Source: an uncultured Candidatus Bathyarchaeia archaeon
GTDB taxonomy: Archaea; Thermoproteota; Bathyarchaeia; Bathyarchaeales; Bathycorpusculaceae
Reading direction: 5' to 3'
Assembly: GCA_964450845.1 (NCBI GenBank)
Contig: CAYVGZ010000036.1
Coordinates: 1 to 15,783, forward strand
DNA: 15,783 bases
Shown piece by piece: positions 15,121 to 15,783 of this stretch. The position numbers and the translations under genes are program-made. Every line of letters starts with the position of its first letter. The first letter of the stretch is position 1. The notes beneath the pieces are model-generated. The model saw nothing but the letters and a program-made list of their open reading frames with translations, was not told the DNA's origin and did not search any database.

Positions 15121-15144
15121 CTGTCGCTGGAACCTACACACAAA
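15121..15144 (+). promoter_or_regulatory. Conserved upstream element, site E
   Basis: CTGTCGCT-GGAACCT-ACACACAAA (TGT-N11-ACA); on the opposite strand from sites A-D but with the same orientation relative to its downstream gene (91 nt to the ATG at 15235). Confidence 0.5.
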
Positions 15145-15234
15145 GAAGAAAAACGCATGAAGAGCTAATGCAACCTTTGACTAGACGTTAAACAAGCAAT
15201 AAATGGGGTATCCAAGATTTGTCCATCAGCTAGC

Positions 15235-15756
15235 ATGTTCAATGTTGCGGTTAGTGTTGAGGTTCGCAGTTTATTAGGCGTCAAGCTAGCTGACAACTTG
15301 GGCAGCGGAGAAACCATCAGCTTCGACGTGAAGGCTCGGATGGAAGAAAAAGAGCGACGCAGCGGCAGGGTTGCCGTGGGATTCTCTTTAAGCGTCGGGA
15401 CTAAGCCGAGCGTGGTGAAGTTTGAGGTGGAGGGCATAGCCATTTTGGAGGGCAGGGACTCTGAAATTGAGAAGATGCTGGAAGTAGATCCTGAGACGCA
15501 GATTCCCTACGTCTTCCAACGAGTCTACCAACATGTTTTCATGTCCATGTACCTCTTATCAACCCTCATTGATACACCTTATCCGCCGCCTAACTTGCTT
15601 TTTTCGGGACAGCAGCAAGTGTCCGCCGCTTCGATTAGTCAAGGCTCTGCAACAAGTGAAAAAGAGAATACTCAAGCGGTCGAGGTGGTTGCAGCAGCGC
15701 CTGAAGAGGAGCCTTTAGAACCGAGTCAAGAGAACACAGAGCCCAAAAGAAGCTAA
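15235..15756 (+). CDS. Hypothetical protein, possible SecB-like chaperone fold, with an acidic low-complexity tail
   Basis: 173 aa; alternating beta strands (SFDVKARM, VAVGFSLSV, VKFEVEGIAIL), then helices and PYPPPNLL, which resembles the SecB secondary-structure order. This is pattern recognition only. Confidence 0.5.
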   Translation: MFNVAVSVEVRSLLGVKLADNLGSGETISFDVKARMEEKERRSGRVAVGFSLSVGTKPSVVKFEVEGIAILEGRDSEIEKMLEVDPETQIPYVFQRVYQHVFMSMYLLSTLIDTPYPPPNLLFSGQQQVSAASISQGSATSEKENTQAVEVVAAAPEEEPLEPSQENTEPKRS

Positions 15757-15783
15757 TCTTCGTAGTTAATAATATGGCTGAGC

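Noticed and set aside
8132-15144. Recurring 24-bp element as a CRISPR repeat or MITE
   Set aside because: Spacing is irregular (about 0.7-4.2 kb), the copies are degenerate, and there are no cas genes, terminal inverted repeats or target-site duplications.
9578-15157. 15/16 match AAAGAAGAAA(G/A)ACGCA at 9578-9593 and 15142-15157
   Set aside because: It is low-complexity purine sequence and lies in opposite orientation relative to the conserved element and the downstream genes, so it cannot be distinguished from chance.
694-15718. Shadow ORFs in the track (e.g. 694-969, 2125-2307, 2326-2661, 3260-3454, 3621-3809, 4125-4349, 5374-5622, 5450-5662, 5783-6076, 6850-7056, 8533-8715, 9808-9999, 10056-10286, 10076-10369, 12399-12587, 12623-12928, 12691-12897, 13121-13348, 15165-15443, 15533-15718)
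   Set aside because: They are antisense or out-of-frame overlaps of well-supported genes and carry no motifs of their own.

Overview
Archaeal window, TACK-like. Bathyarchaeia is my impression and has not been verified. It opens with the 3' end of a 23S rRNA gene with no 5S directly behind it. Next is an SPL-like radical SAM gene bracketed by two degenerate tRNA-3'-end-like sequences. A minus-strand type IV pilus (archaellum-superfamily) locus follows: two tandem 172-aa major pilin paralogs, five minor pilin-like genes, a TadA/ArlI-type ATPase and a TadC/ArlJ-type membrane protein, with no arlH seen. Beyond it lie a TrmB-family regulator, two coiled-coil hypothetical genes, a MoxR/CbbQ-type AAA+ ATPase with its VWA partner, and a probable SecB-like protein. 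The main unannotated signal is a 24-bp element with a TGT-N11-ACA core, reading ...ACACAC(A/C)AA on the sense strand. It lies 50-91 nt upstream of both major pilins, the minor-pilin/ATPase operon, a hidden 47-aa ORF and the SecB-like gene. This suggests one regulon joining a pilus to a chaperone module. The two pilin genes also show a gene-conversion-like mosaic and a relocated N-glycosylation site. All calls come from reading motifs by eye; no database searches were run.
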